This document shows positions 1 through 9,485 of a DNA stretch of 64,000 nt, piece by piece. The notes below the pieces were generated by a model. It had not been told where the DNA came from. It made no database searches and saw only the letters and a list, made by a program, of their open reading frames with translations. Source of the stretch: a virus; the IMG/VR virus record IMGVR_UViG_3300008117_000079; one strand, written 5' to 3'. Position numbers and translations under genes: made by a program. The stretch's first letter is position 1; the number at the start of each line of letters is the position of its first letter.

Positions 1-283
1 CAATAAAAAAACCGACAGCAAGTACATTATGAATTGTGACATAATCCTCAACTGAAAAAACGGTTAAAAGTAAAAGAAGTACTGCTGGTATTCGCCAATG
101 AGGTAAATCAAAAAAGAAATAACTTACAAGTGCGTTTGTAAAAATAAAAAGTGGTTGTAATGGTGTGTTCCAAGATTGTGAAAGTGAAATTAAGTCTCCA
201 CAAGTAAAATAAATAATAAAAGGTTGTAATACTGCGATTAATGCGGTAAACAACCTTTTATATAGTTCAAAATTACTTATCAT
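1..283 (-). CDS. hydrophobic membrane protein, N-terminal part (continues beyond window start)
   Basis: Minus-strand frame open from ATG at 283..281 (overlapping stop of upstream gene as ATGA) to position 1 with no stop; translation MISNFELYKRLFTALIAVLQPFIIYFTCGDL... is strongly hydrophobic. Not in ORF track because truncated by window edge. Confidence 0.3.
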   Translation of the reverse strand, partial: MISNFELYKRLFTALIAVLQPFIIYFTCGDLISLSQSWNTPLQPLFIFTNALVSYFFFDLPHWRIPAVLLLLLTVFSVEDYVTIHNVLAVGFFI

Positions 284-1053
284 CTAATAACCTTTCTCAT
301 TGTCCCATCATCATATATTTCTACATAAACATCAGAAATTTTAAGTTTTTCAGGATCAATTTCCTGACCATTTAAATTAACATATTTAATTATAGTTTTT
401 TTACTTTCTAAATCTATATTATTTATAGTTATTGGTCCAAATGTGTCATAAACACCATTTAAATCATATTGTTGTAATCTATAATAGTTTATGTTTGGGT
501 CAACTTTAAAATCAACAACATCGTAGGTTATTTCTTGTGTTGAATTTCCTGCTGCGTTTAGTGTTGCGATAGTAGTCCATATTTCACCATCTCTACTTTT
601 TTGTAGGTTAAAGTGGCTTGTATTTTGTTCAGATACAGTTGACCAAAATAAATAATTATTTGGACCTTTATTCACACCATTAAAAGTTGATAATTCAACA
701 GGTAATGGGTTTGGATCTGAAAGTGCTATTTTTATATTTGGTCTAAGACTAGATTGTACACCATTTGACGTGGGATATGACGCATCTTGGTGACTATACC
801 CTACCGTATTAGTTTTTGATGTGTAATAAAACCAAGGTTCGTCAAAAGTATATGTACCATTTCTATTTTCCCATTTTATAAGTAAGTTATTTGTGTTATT
901 CCAAGGAAATGGTGTTTGTAGTGCAATTTCGTTCCACCCAATATTCCAAGTAACACTACCATCATAAACCAATGTATAGTTAGATGATACATAATTTGTT
1001 TGTGCGTTTTCACTAACCGGTGAGGGTAATACTGATAGTGTTGTGTGACCCAT
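280..1053 (-). CDS. secreted protein with T9SS C-terminal sorting domain (probably C-terminal half of a frameshifted gene with 1101..1709)
   Basis: C-terminus ...KYVNLNGQEIDPEKLKISDVYVEIYDDGTMRKVIR matches Por_Secre_tail/T9SS CTD pattern (LxGxxV...GxYxxxxxxGxxxK). No signal peptide of its own. The same frame stays open upstream to 1136, overlapping the end of 1101..1709. Confidence 0.5.
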   Translation of the reverse strand: MGHTTLSVLPSPVSENAQTNYVSSNYTLVYDGSVTWNIGWNEIALQTPFPWNNTNNLLIKWENRNGTYTFDEPWFYYTSKTNTVGYSHQDASYPTSNGVQSSLRPNIKIALSDPNPLPVELSTFNGVNKGPNNYLFWSTVSEQNTSHFNLQKSRDGEIWTTIATLNAAGNSTQEITYDVVDFKVDPNINYYRLQQYDLNGVYDTFGPITINNIDLESKKTIIKYVNLNGQEIDPEKLKISDVYVEIYDDGTMRKVIR

Positions 1054-1100
1054 ATATATTTTTTGGTTTGTTGCGGTATAAGGACCTGGTGTGGTTGGGT

Positions 1101-1709
1101 CTACTTGGAAACGTATTTTTGTAATGTTTCCTTCTGTACCGACTGTAAATAAATTATTTCAGACCACCCATATTTGTAGTAATGATTGGCGGGTGCGTTA
1201 TAAACAACACCTTCACCACTACCTATACTTACTATGGTACTTCCTGCCGTACTACCTTTTTGATACTTAACTATTGCACTAGCGTTTATGGTGTTACATG
1301 TACTTGAGGCAGACCAACGAGTTAAAAGTATTGAATAATTACCTGAAGTAGTACAATACCATGTTATTTCTGATTGTGTATTAAAATAATCATCACTCCA
1401 CGCTAAAACTGAACCTCCAGTTGCTGTAGAATATAAACGAAGATATGTATCTACCGTAGTTTGACCTACAGTAGAAAAGGTGTATTCATTACCCGCTTCA
1501 GCATAAAAATTAAACGCTCTACGACCAGCGGCATAAGCTGGCGTATATTGTAAGGTTGTTGTTGGAGTAATTGTCTCATTTGTTGTTGCGGTATTACAAT
1601 ACTGTGACAATCCTGAAAAAGTCATTAATAAAGTAAAAATAAATAATATTAAATTTTTCATAACTACGTTTTTATTATTATAAATATCAAAAATAAATGT
1701 TATAATCAA
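1101..1709 (-). CDS. secreted protein N-terminal part (signal peptide MKNLILFIFTLLMTFSGLSQ); likely 5' half of the gene completed by 280..1053
   Basis: Bacteroidota-type signal peptide ending SQ. The ORF stops at 1101 while the downstream CTD-bearing frame is open from 1136, the classic two-ORF signature of a frameshift. Confidence 0.45.
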   Translation of the reverse strand: MIITFIFDIYNNKNVVMKNLILFIFTLLMTFSGLSQYCNTATTNETITPTTTLQYTPAYAAGRRAFNFYAEAGNEYTFSTVGQTTVDTYLRLYSTATGGSVLAWSDDYFNTQSEITWYCTTSGNYSILLTRWSASSTCNTINASAIVKYQKGSTAGSTIVSIGSGEGVVYNAPANHYYKYGWSEIIYLQSVQKETLQKYVSK

Positions 1710-1728
1710 GTTTTTTGATGTTATTTGT

Positions 1729-2106
1729 TTATACTACCACTTTTAAGTCGGTAAAACTAAGTTCTATATTATCAGAAACAACAAATTCAAATAAATTATT
1801 TGACAATATCTCCAAATCTTTACCTAATTCAAGTAGGTCTTCGTCAGATTCCTCATAAAACCAAATAACATTATTTTGTTTAAGATTGATTAACTTAATT
1901 AAGTGGAGTATAGAATTGGTGTTAATGTGATTTAATTTTACCATAATTGTTTTTATCTCATATTTTTTAATTTGGTTTATTATTAATGACCAAAATAATT
2001 CTGGTTCAAACAATATTGATTTACCCTCAATACTCAAAGTATTGTTGTTATGATTAAAAACAACTTTTGGTGTTGTATTAGTTTTTTCTGATAGTGTTGT
2101 TCTCAT
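1729..2106 (-). CDS. hypothetical protein
   Basis: 125-aa ORF, ATGA overlap with next gene (2103..2426); no recognisable motifs. Confidence 0.4.
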   Translation of the reverse strand: MRTTLSEKTNTTPKVVFNHNNNTLSIEGKSILFEPELFWSLIINQIKKYEIKTIMVKLNHINTNSILHLIKLINLKQNNVIWFYEESDEDLLELGKDLEILSNNLFEFVVSDNIELSFTDLKVVV

Positions 2107-2426
2107 TTTTTTATTTTTATTTCATAACCAAAAAAGGCCGTTAATATTTCTTCTTCATCCTCTTTAACTAAATCATCTTCACAAAGATTTAATATTTCAG
2201 ACAGAGTTGTTTTGTCTTTTATTTCATCAGTTACTTTTTGTTTAAACCTCTGAACCCCCCTAATCATTTCTAAAGTTTCTTCAATATCACTTATGGATTT
2301 TATATTTTTATCGTTAGAACTTTTATTTATCTCATCTAATAGGTCCCGTATAACTTCCCAACAATGGTCATCCACCATATTTATAACCCTAATTTTAGCC
2401 TCTTCAAGAATAAGTTCTATTTTCAT
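2103..2426 (-). CDS. hypothetical acidic protein
   Basis: 107-aa ORF rich in E/D/K, coding-like composition, operon-coupled to neighbour. Confidence 0.4.
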   Translation of the reverse strand: MKIELILEEAKIRVINMVDDHCWEVIRDLLDEINKSSNDKNIKSISDIEETLEMIRGVQRFKQKVTDEIKDKTTLSEILNLCEDDLVKEDEEEILTAFFGYEIKIKK

Positions 2427-2431
2427 TTTTT

Positions 2432-4456
2432 TTAACTTTTATATATTCTTTTTATTACCCCACCCTCAACCATAAAGTAAAAACCAACGGGGGCATTATC
2501 AAATCTAATTTGTTTTCCGTTCATATCTAAAACAATTTCTGGATTTAATTTTTCATTAGTGTTTATTATTTCTCCTATATTTAATATTTCTTCTGTTAAA
2601 TTAGATAAAATTACATTCTCAGAGGACATACATCCATTATCATCTGTAACTAATACCTCATAAAAATCCGATACCACACTATTTAAATCCTCACTAATTT
2701 CACCATGATTCCATTGATAGTTATACGGTTTAGTACCACCAACCACATCTAAATCAATTGATCCAAAGGTATTTTGAGTTGGTTGTACGTAATTTAAACT
2801 TGTAACAAGTAGTTCGGGTTCGTTAATTGTAAAATCTTCCATTACAACACACCCTGATTGGTCTGTTACATTTACCTGATAGTACCCAGGTTTTAAATTT
2901 GTCATAGTACTTAATGTGTTACCATTTGACCATTCATAAGTTAAAGTAGAATCACCACCTTGTGTTGAAACACTTATCCCACCATTTTCAAAACCATAAC
3001 ACGTTACATGATTAATTTCGGATTGTGTTGTTATTTCACTGTAAGATTCAATTTCTCTTTCTGAGTAAAATTTACAACCTTTAACATCTTTAACTTCTAT
3101 ACTATAAAAACCAGTAGAATCTACTTCTATTTTATCATTAGTACTACCATTAGACCATTCAAAAGATAAAGGAACTTGACCTGTAATGTTGTTAAATTTT
3201 GCCTGTCTTTTTGAATCAACACAATTAACATCAGTTATTAGTTCACCCTCAATCGTATTGAATTTTTTTGCCATTAAAACAGCTTTATAAGAATCTAATT
3301 TACCTGAACCTAACATACCAATATAGTTTTGGTTAACTTCATAAATTGAGCTATCAGCAGTTTCTTTAAGAATATACTCAATTTGATCGGGAGTTAAACA
3401 AGGATTAACAGATAACATCAAAGCTACGGTTCCTGAAACAAGTGGTGTGGCGAAAGAAGAACCATTTCCTGTAACATATTGACCCGGTGATGTTGACAAC
3501 ACTATGTCGTATCCAGGAGCCGAAATATCTACTTTATTATTGTGTTGGTGTGTTGAATTTGGGTTGCCGATGAATCTTTCGTGATTGTTGTTCGGTCCAA
3601 CAGATGTAACTGAAATTACGTGTTCGTATGATGCAGGATAAACTTCGTTTACTGACCCACCACAAGTACCACCATTACCAGCTGCAGCAATTATTACAGA
3701 ACCGTTATAATGAACCTCATTTATAACTTCTTGTGCGTAATAGTTAAAATAACAACTAGAAGCCCAACTAGCGTTTATTACTCTTGCTCCTGAATAAGTT
3801 GCTTCAAGTAATTCATTATAATCCATAACTCTTAGTTGTAACTTTGAATTGTAACCAATTGAACTTTTACCGGCGAAATTATTTGTGTTACCTGCAGCTG
3901 TTATAGCTACCGCGGTACCATGAGTATAATCAGTACTATAGTTGTCAATTGTTCTATAAGTAATTTTACCACCAAGATCTTCGTGATTGTGGTAATAGTT
4001 TGCATCTGTAATAGCAATAACTACTGAAGTATCTCCGTGTGTGATATCCCAAGCTTGTTCAGCGTTTATTGAATTAAGTGCGTAATCGTACATAAAAACT
4101 GAGATGTCGTTTGGGGTGTCAAGAGTTTTATATTCAGGACCTAATTCAGGTTTAACAAAATTATTATTTTTAGAAGTTCTTACTAGTAATTCATTAACAT
4201 CACAATTACAATTTATTTGATAAACTTGTTGTAATTCAGAATTATGTGATGATGGAAACGCCTTTTTTATTTCTGTAATACTAAGGTCTGAGATTGAATT
4301 TAAAACCTCAGTTCTTTTTGATTCATAATTTGGGATTTTTACCCATACGTTGTCCTGAGATAAGACACTAATTGTTGTTGTTAAAATTGTTAAAATTGTT
4401 ACTATTAAATTTTTCATAATGTGTATATTTTTTATTGTATACACATAGTTAGTCAT
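2432..4456 (-). CDS. subtilisin-like serine peptidase (S8 family) with N-terminal signal peptide and T9SS C-terminal sorting domain
   Basis: S8 catalytic triad contexts: VVIAITDANYY (Asp), DYTHGTAVAITAAGN (His), GSSFATPLVSGTVALM (Ser; GTSxATP motif). N-terminal hydrophobic signal. C-terminus ...IVLDMNGKQIRFDNAPVGFYFMVEGGVIKRIYKS fits the T9SS CTD consensus. Confidence 0.8.
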   Translation of the reverse strand: MTNYVYTIKNIHIMKNLIVTILTILTTTISVLSQDNVWVKIPNYESKRTEVLNSISDLSITEIKKAFPSSHNSELQQVYQINCNCDVNELLVRTSKNNNFVKPELGPEYKTLDTPNDISVFMYDYALNSINAEQAWDITHGDTSVVIAITDANYYHNHEDLGGKITYRTIDNYSTDYTHGTAVAITAAGNTNNFAGKSSIGYNSKLQLRVMDYNELLEATYSGARVINASWASSCYFNYYAQEVINEVHYNGSVIIAAAGNGGTCGGSVNEVYPASYEHVISVTSVGPNNNHERFIGNPNSTHQHNNKVDISAPGYDIVLSTSPGQYVTGNGSSFATPLVSGTVALMLSVNPCLTPDQIEYILKETADSSIYEVNQNYIGMLGSGKLDSYKAVLMAKKFNTIEGELITDVNCVDSKRQAKFNNITGQVPLSFEWSNGSTNDKIEVDSTGFYSIEVKDVKGCKFYSEREIESYSEITTQSEINHVTCYGFENGGISVSTQGGDSTLTYEWSNGNTLSTMTNLKPGYYQVNVTDQSGCVVMEDFTINEPELLVTSLNYVQPTQNTFGSIDLDVVGGTKPYNYQWNHGEISEDLNSVVSDFYEVLVTDDNGCMSSENVILSNLTEEILNIGEIINTNEKLNPEIVLDMNGKQIRFDNAPVGFYFMVEGGVIKRIYKS

Positions 4457-4588
4457 ATAATGGTATAAAGTCCTTTTGTGGGGGGTATAGTATTTTTAAA
4501 TTAAGGGGTACGCTCTATAGTAGTATAAGTACTACATACGAATGGTTAGGTAAAAATACTTAAATGGGGTAAAATTTTGTATGATAGT

Positions 4589-5590
4589 TTATTTCATAGT
4601 TTTTTCTATAAAACCATCATCATATATAAGTAAATATATTTCACCTTCTTTCATATTTAACACCGCTTGTCCCATTAAATTTGTGATTTTTATAAGTATT
4701 CTATTCTTATGTTCTTTAATGTAGATAATACTAAGATTTTCAAATTTACCATCATAATCTGTTTGTCTTAAAATAAAATATCCAGAACCAATCGTATTTC
4801 TAATTGAATATTTATGTTTACCTTCAGATGGTACATTATATTTTGGTTCAAAATTATACCCATCCATTGAGTGTAATATTGTGTAATAGTCATTATTATA
4901 TTCTGAATATATGTCCCACCATAAACTATCTCTATCTCCTTCAAAAGAGATTAAACTTACCGGTAATGGGGTTGTCATTTGCCACAATTCAAAATTATCT
5001 AACCACCATTCTTCACCTACGGAATTAACTCTAACATAAACTCTTGCGGTAAATTGTGTTACGTTTGTAAATTTTAAACGTATATCAGAATAAGTTCCGT
5101 TTTGTGCTGAATATGTTGTGAGTGTCCCGCTTGCTGTTTTTTGTATTAATGTTGTGTTGTAATTCCATAACGCATTATCATAACCATTAATTTTTATCTC
5201 TTGAACCAAAGTAGTATTATCGGTACTAATATAAAGTAATACGTAATCGGCAATATCAACACCAGCACTTAAAGATGACGATGAACCAAATTTATAAGAC
5301 CCTAATCTAAATCTAAATTCATACTCAAATCCTTGGTCTAATCCTGTGATATTTGGTAAAACATAGACCCCTTCTTCAATGTTTGACGTTCCATTACCGG
5401 TACCGATTAAAGCTGCTGATGATGTACTACTAACAAACGCGTTGGCGTAATAACCGGTATTATTTCCATACCCAACTGACCATCCGCCTAACCAATTGAA
5501 TGATTCAATATAGTCGTATTTTATTAAAGTTTGTGAAAATAAAAATGGTGGGAAAAAAACTATTAAAAAAAATAAAAAAAACTTTTTCAT
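4589..5590 (-). CDS. secreted protein with signal peptide and T9SS C-terminal sorting domain
   Basis: N-terminus MKKFFLFFLIVFFPPFLFSQ (signal peptide). C-terminus ...ITNLMGQAVLNMKEGEIYLLIYDDGFIEKTMK matches the T9SS CTD pattern. Confidence 0.6.
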   Translation of the reverse strand: MKKFFLFFLIVFFPPFLFSQTLIKYDYIESFNWLGGWSVGYGNNTGYYANAFVSSTSSAALIGTGNGTSNIEEGVYVLPNITGLDQGFEYEFRFRLGSYKFGSSSSLSAGVDIADYVLLYISTDNTTLVQEIKINGYDNALWNYNTTLIQKTASGTLTTYSAQNGTYSDIRLKFTNVTQFTARVYVRVNSVGEEWWLDNFELWQMTTPLPVSLISFEGDRDSLWWDIYSEYNNDYYTILHSMDGYNFEPKYNVPSEGKHKYSIRNTIGSGYFILRQTDYDGKFENLSIIYIKEHKNRILIKITNLMGQAVLNMKEGEIYLLIYDDGFIEKTMK

Positions 5591-5683
5591 ATTAACAATA
5601 AATAGATAAAAAGGTTAAAGAATGTAATGATTTATTTAATTATTAACAATAACTTATCATATATGATATTTTATTTAACAAAA

Positions 5684-5714
5684 TAAAAAAAGGTCAGATT
5701 TCTCTGACCTTTTC
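5684..5714 (-). terminator. rho-independent terminator downstream of major capsid gene
   Basis: Minus-strand reading GAAAAGGTCAGAGAAATCTGACCTTTTTTTATTTT: 8-bp GC-containing stem (AGGTCAGA/TCTGACCT), 4-nt loop, followed by a T-tract. Confidence 0.6.
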
Positions 5715-5734
5715 AAGGGTTATTTAAGTTTTGA

Positions 5735-7594
5735 TTATCTCAATTCTCTTAAATCAAATGTACGAACTCCATCAACAGTGATACGAGCGTAGAAACGGTT
5801 GTTAACCATTTTCTTAGCGTATCTTGTCATAATACCTTTGATAGGTGTGAAGTTGAATGGGTTGTACATTGTAGGTGTTAACTGAAGAGGTACGTATGGT
5901 GCGTAGATGTATCCAGTGTCTAACAATGATGTTCCTTTGTGACCCAACAAGATTGTGTTTGGTGGGAAGTAAGGATCACGATAAACTTGGTAACGTCCAG
6001 CAAGAGTACCAACTCTTTCAATACCCATATTGTATTGGTCTTGCTCAGGAGACGCGTTAGATACGTGGAAGTATTCTAAATCGTCAAAGATAGCTGAAAC
6101 TTCAGAAGAAACAACAATCCAGTTAGCACCACCTCTTAATGTAGATTTGTGGATTTGAGCAGACAATTGGTTAATTGCTGTAATCAACGTTTGGTTCCAA
6201 TCTTTTTGAGTGTAAGAAGTTGTTAAACCGTTTACTCTTCTCCAACCATTGTAATCCCAACGTAAGTTCCACGCTGCACCTTTACGTAAATCTCTTAAGA
6301 TTTCACGGTCAATTTCAGCCGCAACTTGTTCAGATAATAAAGCTGTTAATTCAGCTTCAGCGTCAATGTTGTGGAACGCTGCAACGTCTTGAGCTAATTC
6401 TGGAGACCATTGTGCTCTTAATTTTCTTTCAGTAACTGATACTGTAACAGACTCAAGGTCAAAAGAAACCTCTCCGATTTTTTCTTCAAACTCTAGTTCT
6501 TCGTAACGTCTCCAAACAGCAGTAAATGATGTTGCAGATGTGATAGCAGAAAGAGTAGAACCAGTGTACCCATCAAGTGAAGTGTCACCACAAGATGCAC
6601 AAGCAGGACAAGAAAGATCTACTTCAAGAATGATACAACCATTAGCGTTACAGATATTGTTAAAAGAACCACCATTTCCATCAACTGGGAATGTAGTTTG
6701 ATATTGACTACCATAGTCAACAATTCCTTTACCATATTTTTGAGTTACAACTCTAAATAAAAGTGGTGATGCACCAACTGTAGGAACTGGACATACGTTA
6801 GCAGCATCAAATCCTAATCCTGTATTAGTAAGGATTTTAAGGTCAGAAAGGAAAGATTCTGTATCAATTTCATTTCCGTCAGGTCCGATAAGTTTACCAG
6901 CACCTGGGATGTTACTCCACCCACAAAGTTTGATAAGAACTTTTCTTGTGTTACCAACATAAGCAGCGTCGTCATTGTTAGCATCAACTAAGTCACCATT
7001 TGACCATTTTACAACAGTAGCCGCTGCCGTGATAGCAGAAAAACGACCTTTAGAATAATCAAATAGACCAGCAGGATCCAATCCTGGCTCAGCTCCTTCG
7101 TAGAATAAATCATAAAGATTTTTTGAGAAAGGTGCGTTAGCGTTAGGTGCTGTATCAGCTCCTGGGTAACCTTGACCCGGTACGTTATAACCACCATTAA
7201 CCGCTTCAGGAGAACCAATTGGTGGATAGTGAACACTACCAGCTTCATTTGGGTTATATCCTTGGATACGAGGTACAAAGTAGAACAATTTACCAATTGG
7301 TAAGTTCATAGCTTGTACTGATACGATATCGTTAGCTAACAATTTAGAGAAAACTCTTCTAACGATAGGGAAAACAACCGTTTCAAAAGCTCCGTTTGAA
7401 CCTTCTGAAGTTGCTTCGTTAATTAGGTGAGATGCTTGGTTCTCATATAACTGAGCCACGTTCTCTTTTAGATGACCTTTAAGTCCATCAAGGAATCCTA
7501 ATTTATCCCATTTGTTAATTGTATCTTCTTTGATAACTTTAAGGTGCTTAAGACCGATGTTACCAACAAGACCAGATTCTAATAATGCTCCCAT
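5735..7594 (-). CDS. major capsid protein, T4 gp23-like
   Basis: Collinear similarity to T4 gp23 recognised by eye: FPIVRRVFSKLLANDIVSVQAMNLPIGKLFYF vs T4 MGMVRRAIPNLIAFDICGVQPMNSPTGQVFAL. Also IDREILRDL vs INREVVDWI, and a C-terminal ...GxxTRYA...FxARITVDGV tail. Followed by a strong terminator. Confidence 0.9.
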   Translation of the reverse strand: MGALLESGLVGNIGLKHLKVIKEDTINKWDKLGFLDGLKGHLKENVAQLYENQASHLINEATSEGSNGAFETVVFPIVRRVFSKLLANDIVSVQAMNLPIGKLFYFVPRIQGYNPNEAGSVHYPPIGSPEAVNGGYNVPGQGYPGADTAPNANAPFSKNLYDLFYEGAEPGLDPAGLFDYSKGRFSAITAAATVVKWSNGDLVDANNDDAAYVGNTRKVLIKLCGWSNIPGAGKLIGPDGNEIDTESFLSDLKILTNTGLGFDAANVCPVPTVGASPLLFRVVTQKYGKGIVDYGSQYQTTFPVDGNGGSFNNICNANGCIILEVDLSCPACASCGDTSLDGYTGSTLSAITSATSFTAVWRRYEELEFEEKIGEVSFDLESVTVSVTERKLRAQWSPELAQDVAAFHNIDAEAELTALLSEQVAAEIDREILRDLRKGAAWNLRWDYNGWRRVNGLTTSYTQKDWNQTLITAINQLSAQIHKSTLRGGANWIVVSSEVSAIFDDLEYFHVSNASPEQDQYNMGIERVGTLAGRYQVYRDPYFPPNTILLGHKGTSLLDTGYIYAPYVPLQLTPTMYNPFNFTPIKGIMTRYAKKMVNNRFYARITVDGVRTFDLRELR

Positions 7595-7652
7595 TTTCTT
7601 TTTTTTTAATTTATTTTATGTATTTAATAAATACTATGTACTTTTAAAAAGT

Positions 7653-8717
7653 TTATTTTATTTTTCCCATCAAGTCTTTCATTCTCAAAAATTGTGGATT
7701 TTCATACGTTTTAGACTCAATTAAGTTAGCAGCCGAACCAGTACTTGGTGTTTTAGAGACTGTTCTCTCAAATGATTCTGTGATTGTATTTTCCGTAGAT
7801 TTTGGAGATCCTAATTCATCCTTGATAGATTTGTAAAGATTTTTTGATTCTTTTAAAGTATCAACATTGTCAAATCTTCTAAGAATATTAATCTTTTCTT
7901 GTTTTGTTGTTGAATGTTCTGTAAACAATCTAGTTGCATAAGCAAGATTTGAGTTAAATATGGCAACCTCATTTAATTTAGTTCTGAATAGATCAAGAGC
8001 TTTTCTGTATTCTTCATTTTTTGCTCTCAAAACTTCTAATTCTTCAGTACCTTCTTTTCTTAAATGTCTTGGTGCCGCTTTTGGTTTTGGTAAACCTTCT
8101 CTACCCCAATACTTGCCATTAGCCAATGTTCTTGACGCTTCTTTAGTTTCAGTTTTTTTACCTTCAACTTTTTTCATTTTACCATCAAGGTTAGCACCTT
8201 CTTTGTATTCAAATTTTGCTTTACCAGTACCCATAGTTTTGTTAGCAGATTTTTTAACTGTTTTAAATCCACCACCCATATTAGGTTTCTTGTCATATTT
8301 GAATTTAGATGCGTTACCCATTCCGATACCTTTAGGTTTAATTGATTTTTTAGATTCGTAAATTGACTCTTCTACGCCGATTTCGTCTTCTAACTCAGTA
8401 TCGTCTAACTCAAGTTCAAAGATAATTTCATCCTCTTCTTCATCATCAAAAGAAAATTCATCATCCTCTTCTTCATCATCAAAAGAAAATTCATCTTCCT
8501 CTTCTTCATCATCAAAAGAAAATTCATCTTCATCTTTCTCTTCGTCTTTAGAAAAGTAAAAATCAAAATCATCAACTTCTCTTGAATAGAGTTCTTCCAA
8601 TTCTTCATCGGAACCCATTTCAGAAAAATCATTCACTTCAGAAAAATCATCCATTTCAGATTCACCTAATTGTATCAGATATTCGGTATCATTTTCTGTA
8701 TCTGATAGATGTATCAT
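7653..8717 (-). CDS. prohead scaffolding/core protein (gp22-like), highly acidic with tandem DDEEE repeats
   Basis: Sits between the prohead protease and the MCP, as gp22 does in T4. Extremely acidic N-terminal half carries three ~10-aa tandem repeats (FSFDDEEE...), with a K-rich C-terminal half. Confidence 0.55.
   Translation of the reverse strand: MIHLSDTENDTEYLIQLGESEMDDFSEVNDFSEMGSDEELEELYSREVDDFDFYFSKDEEKDEDEFSFDDEEEEDEFSFDDEEEDDEFSFDDEEEDEIIFELELDDTELEDEIGVEESIYESKKSIKPKGIGMGNASKFKYDKKPNMGGGFKTVKKSANKTMGTGKAKFEYKEGANLDGKMKKVEGKKTETKEASRTLANGKYWGREGLPKPKAAPRHLRKEGTEELEVLRAKNEEYRKALDLFRTKLNEVAIFNSNLAYATRLFTEHSTTKQEKINILRRFDNVDTLKESKNLYKSIKDELGSPKSTENTITESFERTVSKTPSTGSAANLIESKTYENPQFLRMKDLMGKIK
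8430..8540. repeat. ~30-33 bp tandem repeat x3 inside scaffold gene
   Basis: ttcatcatcaaaagaaaattcatc(c/t)tcctcttc repeated three times; encodes repeated acidic decapeptides. Confidence 0.7.
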
Positions 8718-8721
8718 TTTG

Positions 8722-9135
8722 TCATCTTTTTTCCATTGCTTTAAACACAGTTAAAACTTCTTCGTCTGAAGCTCCGGTTAAATCAATTGTGTCATCTTCT
8801 GTATCAGTATCAAATTCCATTTCAAAATCATCTTCTGTGTCATCCATGCCAAGCATGTCATCTTCTTCTTCGGAATCATCAACATCTAAATTATCAGTAT
8901 CAATATCTTCCACATCTGTATCAACATCCGTGTCCTCAATATCAACCTCATCGTCTTCAACCTCATCTTGTTCTTTAAGAGATTCTTTTACTAATGAACT
9001 GATTTCTTCCTTCATTGTTGAAGAAAGTATTCCTTCTGCATTCTTGTTAAGAGACTCCTCCAGATTTGAAATCTGAAGTAACGCCTCTTCAATAACATTT
9101 TTATTTTTTGTCATTATTTTGTTTTCTATTAACAA
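8722..9135 (-). CDS. acidic small protein, possible prohead core/internal protein
   Basis: 137 aa, very D/E-rich (DIEDTDVDTDVEDIDTDNLDVDDSEEEDD). Position within the prohead-core gene block. Confidence 0.4.
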   Translation of the reverse strand: MLIENKIMTKNKNVIEEALLQISNLEESLNKNAEGILSSTMKEEISSLVKESLKEQDEVEDDEVDIEDTDVDTDVEDIDTDNLDVDDSEEEDDMLGMDDTEDDFEMEFDTDTEDDTIDLTGASDEEVLTVFKAMEKR

Positions 9136-9234
9136 TAAATACTAACAAAAATGAAAAAATTCGTTTTGCGTGATATAAAACAAAAAAGGATGAACATTTG
9201 TCCATCCTTCAAGTATTTTTAAATAAATTGTATT

Positions 9235-9450
9235 TTATTCAATTACCTCATCAATTTTACTTTCTGTAATTGAAGTGATTCTCCAATCCATTGTGTAGTT
9301 TTCATAAATCTTGGTAACCTTTGCCTCTACATCTGTTGGTGTATATCCCAAAACTAATTTTTCTTCTTTAACTTTTTTAACTCTACCGGATTCACTATCA
9401 AGTAAATCTGAAGTAATTTTTGCTACAAAATATTTTTCTCCTTGTTCCAT
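9235..9450 (-). CDS. hypothetical small protein
   Basis: 71-aa ORF between scaffold-like and protease genes; coding-like but no motif. Confidence 0.3.
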   Translation of the reverse strand: MEQGEKYFVAKITSDLLDSESGRVKKVKEEKLVLGYTPTDVEAKVTKIYENYTMDWRITSITESKIDEVIE

Positions 9451-9485
9451 AATTTTTATTTTAATTAATTATAGAACAACTATTT

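Noticed and set aside
1-5700. Possibility that the first 5.7 kb is host chromosome and the phage region is an integrated prophage
   Set aside because: Base composition, codon style and operon packing are continuous across 5.7 kb; no integrase, att-like repeat or tRNA junction is present. T4-like phages are not known to integrate. Cannot be fully excluded without flanking sequence.
7595-7652. Canonical T4 late promoter TATAAATA directly upstream of the major capsid gene
   Set aside because: Only degenerate A/T-rich boxes (TATTTATTAAATACAT) are present there; an exact TATAAATA was found only upstream of the 1338-aa gene, so no promoter feature is annotated for the MCP.
7960-9076. Plus-strand ORFs 7960..8361, 8405..8632, 8582..9076 and 8787..8978 antisense or overlapping the scaffold and acidic-protein genes
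   Set aside because: They translate low-complexity repeat DNA (poly-Ser / poly-K frames of the acidic repeats) and lack starts in sensible context; these are frame shadows of the real minus-strand genes.
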